A stretch of 64,000 nucleotides of DNA from Eimeria praecox. Lineage: Eukaryota. Positions 59,933 to 64,000 of this stretch are shown here, in pieces (position 1 is the stretch's first letter; each line of letters opens with the position of its first letter). The position numbers were made by a program, and so were the translations under genes. Under the pieces are notes generated by a model. That model was not told the DNA's origin. It saw only the letters and a list, made by a program, of their open reading frames with translations, and did no database searches. The stretch covers positions 2,790,001-2,854,000 of the forward strand of contig OY986950.1 in NCBI GenBank assembly GCA_963920595.1. Reading direction: 5' to 3'.

Positions 59933-60883
59933 GTTTGCCTAAGGGTTTGGTCTCTAGCCCTTCTTCAAAGTCCTTATACCCTAGGGTTTAGGGTTTAGGG
60001 TTTAGGGTTTAGGGTTTAACTTCGTGTTAGTGTTTTGTCTGTAGTGTATACATCTTTTTAGATAAAAAATAAAAATATATATTTAATATTTATTTTTAAA
60101 ATAGAAATAAATTAATATGTTATTAATTTATTTATTTATTTATTTTCTTGAGAAATACCACAAACTGGAGCTAAGGCCTCTCGATACATACTCAATAAAC
60201 AACAGGAAGGGGGGGGGGGGGGGGGGAGAGGCTGAGGTGTATAGTATAATATAAAGAGAAGAAAGAATAAATATAATATATATATATATATATATATATT
60301 TATTTATTAATATTAAAAATAATGTTTATAATAAAAATGCTGAAGAAAAAATGCTGAAATTACAGAAAATATGATGTCGATGAAGCCGCTGTCTAAACCC
60401 TAAACCCTAAACCCTAAACCCTAAACCCTAAACCCTAAACCCTAAACCCTAGGGTTAGACCTGATCGGCCTATCATTGACAGTTTGGGGTTTATTTTTTG
60501 TCTTCTTTTTAATTTTCTTGTTTATTCTTGATATATTTCTTTCTATTTTTAATATTTACTACATTTAATTACGTTTATTTATATTTTATTGCTGTATATA
60601 CACTAGAATATGAGCGCGGCCTTCGCTTCGAGCTGAGGTGTATAGGCAGGTGGACCGCTACACACCGGCGTATCGTCATTGAATAAGATAGAAGCCTCAA
60701 TTAAATCTTTTTCTTCTTTTTTTGTTTATTAAAACAAATTAAATACATTATCTTCTCTTTTAAATATTTATACTACTTCTAAATATCTGAGGAGCCCTCT
60801 AAACCCGAGGCAGCTCTTATTGAGCTGCCTATACACCCCAATTTCGAGATAATAAAAAACAATTAAACACAAGATTCTACAAA

Positions 60884-63011
<2,128 letters not shown>

Positions 63012-63504
63012 GTATGTATTTATATTTTATTCTCTCTTTATATTTGTTTTTGTTTTTATAGTTGTATTTATCTGTGTCTTTGTATTTTATATTTGTCTTT
63101 GTATTTTATATTTGTCTGTGTCTTTATATTTATATTTTTATTCTTTTTTATATTTGTTTTTGTTTAGCTTCATCTTTATCTGTGTCTTTGTGTTTATCTA
63201 TGTCTTTGTATTTATTTGTGTCTTTGTGTTTATTTGTGTCTTTGTGTTTATCTGTGACTTTGTATTTATGTGTGTCTTTGTGTTTATATTTGTGTTTGTG
63301 TTTATATTTGTTTTTGTGTTTATATTTGTGTTTGTGTTTATATTTGTGTTTGTGTTTATATTTGTCTTTGTCTGTGTCTTTATATTTATATTTATATTTA
63401 TATTTATATTTATATTTATATTTATATTTATATTTATATTTATATTTATATTTATATTTATATTTATATTTATATTTATATTTATATTTAGACTGAGGGG
63501 CTCT

Positions 63505-64000
63505 GTTTGCTGTCTCTCTCTTCTTCTGTCTCCTTCTCTCTTATCCTTTCTTTTGTCTCTTCTTCTTTTGTCTCTTTCTGTCTTTCTGTCTCTTCTTATT
63601 TTTCTTTATTTTCTCTCTCCTTCTCTCTACTCTTTCGTCTCTTTCTCTCTCTCTCTCTCTGCCTCTCCCTCTCTTTCTCTCCCTCTCTCTCTCTCTCTCT
63701 CGCTCTCTCTCTCTCTCGCTCTCTCTCTCTCCTTCTCTGTCTCTCTTTCTGTCTCTCTTTCTCTTTCTGTCTCTGTCTGTCTCTGTCTTCTCTCTCTCTG
63801 TGTCTGTCTCTCTCTGCCTCTTTCTCTCGCTGTCTCTGTCTCTCTCTGTCTCTGTCTCTCTCTCTCTCTACCTCTGTCTCTTTCTCCCTCTTTCTCTCTG
63901 TCTCTCTTTTTCTTTCTGTCTTTTTCTGTGTCTCCCTGTCTTTCTCTCTCTCTCTGTCTCCTCCTCTCTCTGTCCCTCTCTCTCTCTGTCTCTTTCTCTC
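63505..64000 (+). repeat. CT-rich/TGTCTC low-complexity tract, probably intronic
   Basis: Read directly; follows the donor at 63012 with no coding signal. Confidence 0.85.

Overview
Eukaryotic genomic DNA with the hallmarks of an eimeriid coccidian, most likely Eimeria (inference): dense CAG/CTG triplet repeats giving homopolymeric amino-acid runs, many interstitial AAACCCT/AGGGTTT telomere-like arrays, and TGCATGCA runs. Most ORFs in the supplied track are repeat artefacts. Manual exon stitching gives 12 intron-rich genes: a PIG3-like quinone oxidoreductase (5' partial), adenylosuccinate lyase, an HDDC2-like HD hydrolase, an acylation-motif MORN protein, a membrane-anchored CX5R phosphatase, UTP23, an OFA/MCT-type MFS transporter, a COQ10-like START protein, a cold-shock-domain protein, a Q/A-rich hypothetical, a large C2-like/filamin-repeat protein and a coiled-coil gene (3' partial). 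Main observations: (1) intronic telomere-like arrays are polarised (AAACCCU after the donor, GGGUUUA before the acceptor) and complementary, suggesting RNA-structure-assisted splicing, alongside an excess of GC and weak donors; (2) an exon-level duplication appears to split, or alternatively process, the filamin/coiled-coil locus; (3) three proteins take their C-terminus and stop codon (NPKP*) from the telomere repeat; (4) a dispersed GGTGT-N4-ACACC palindrome occurs in coding and non-coding DNA; (5) splice junctions are repeatedly duplicated, creating decoys and candidate new cassette exons. All gene models and counts are by eye, without database searches or RNA data.
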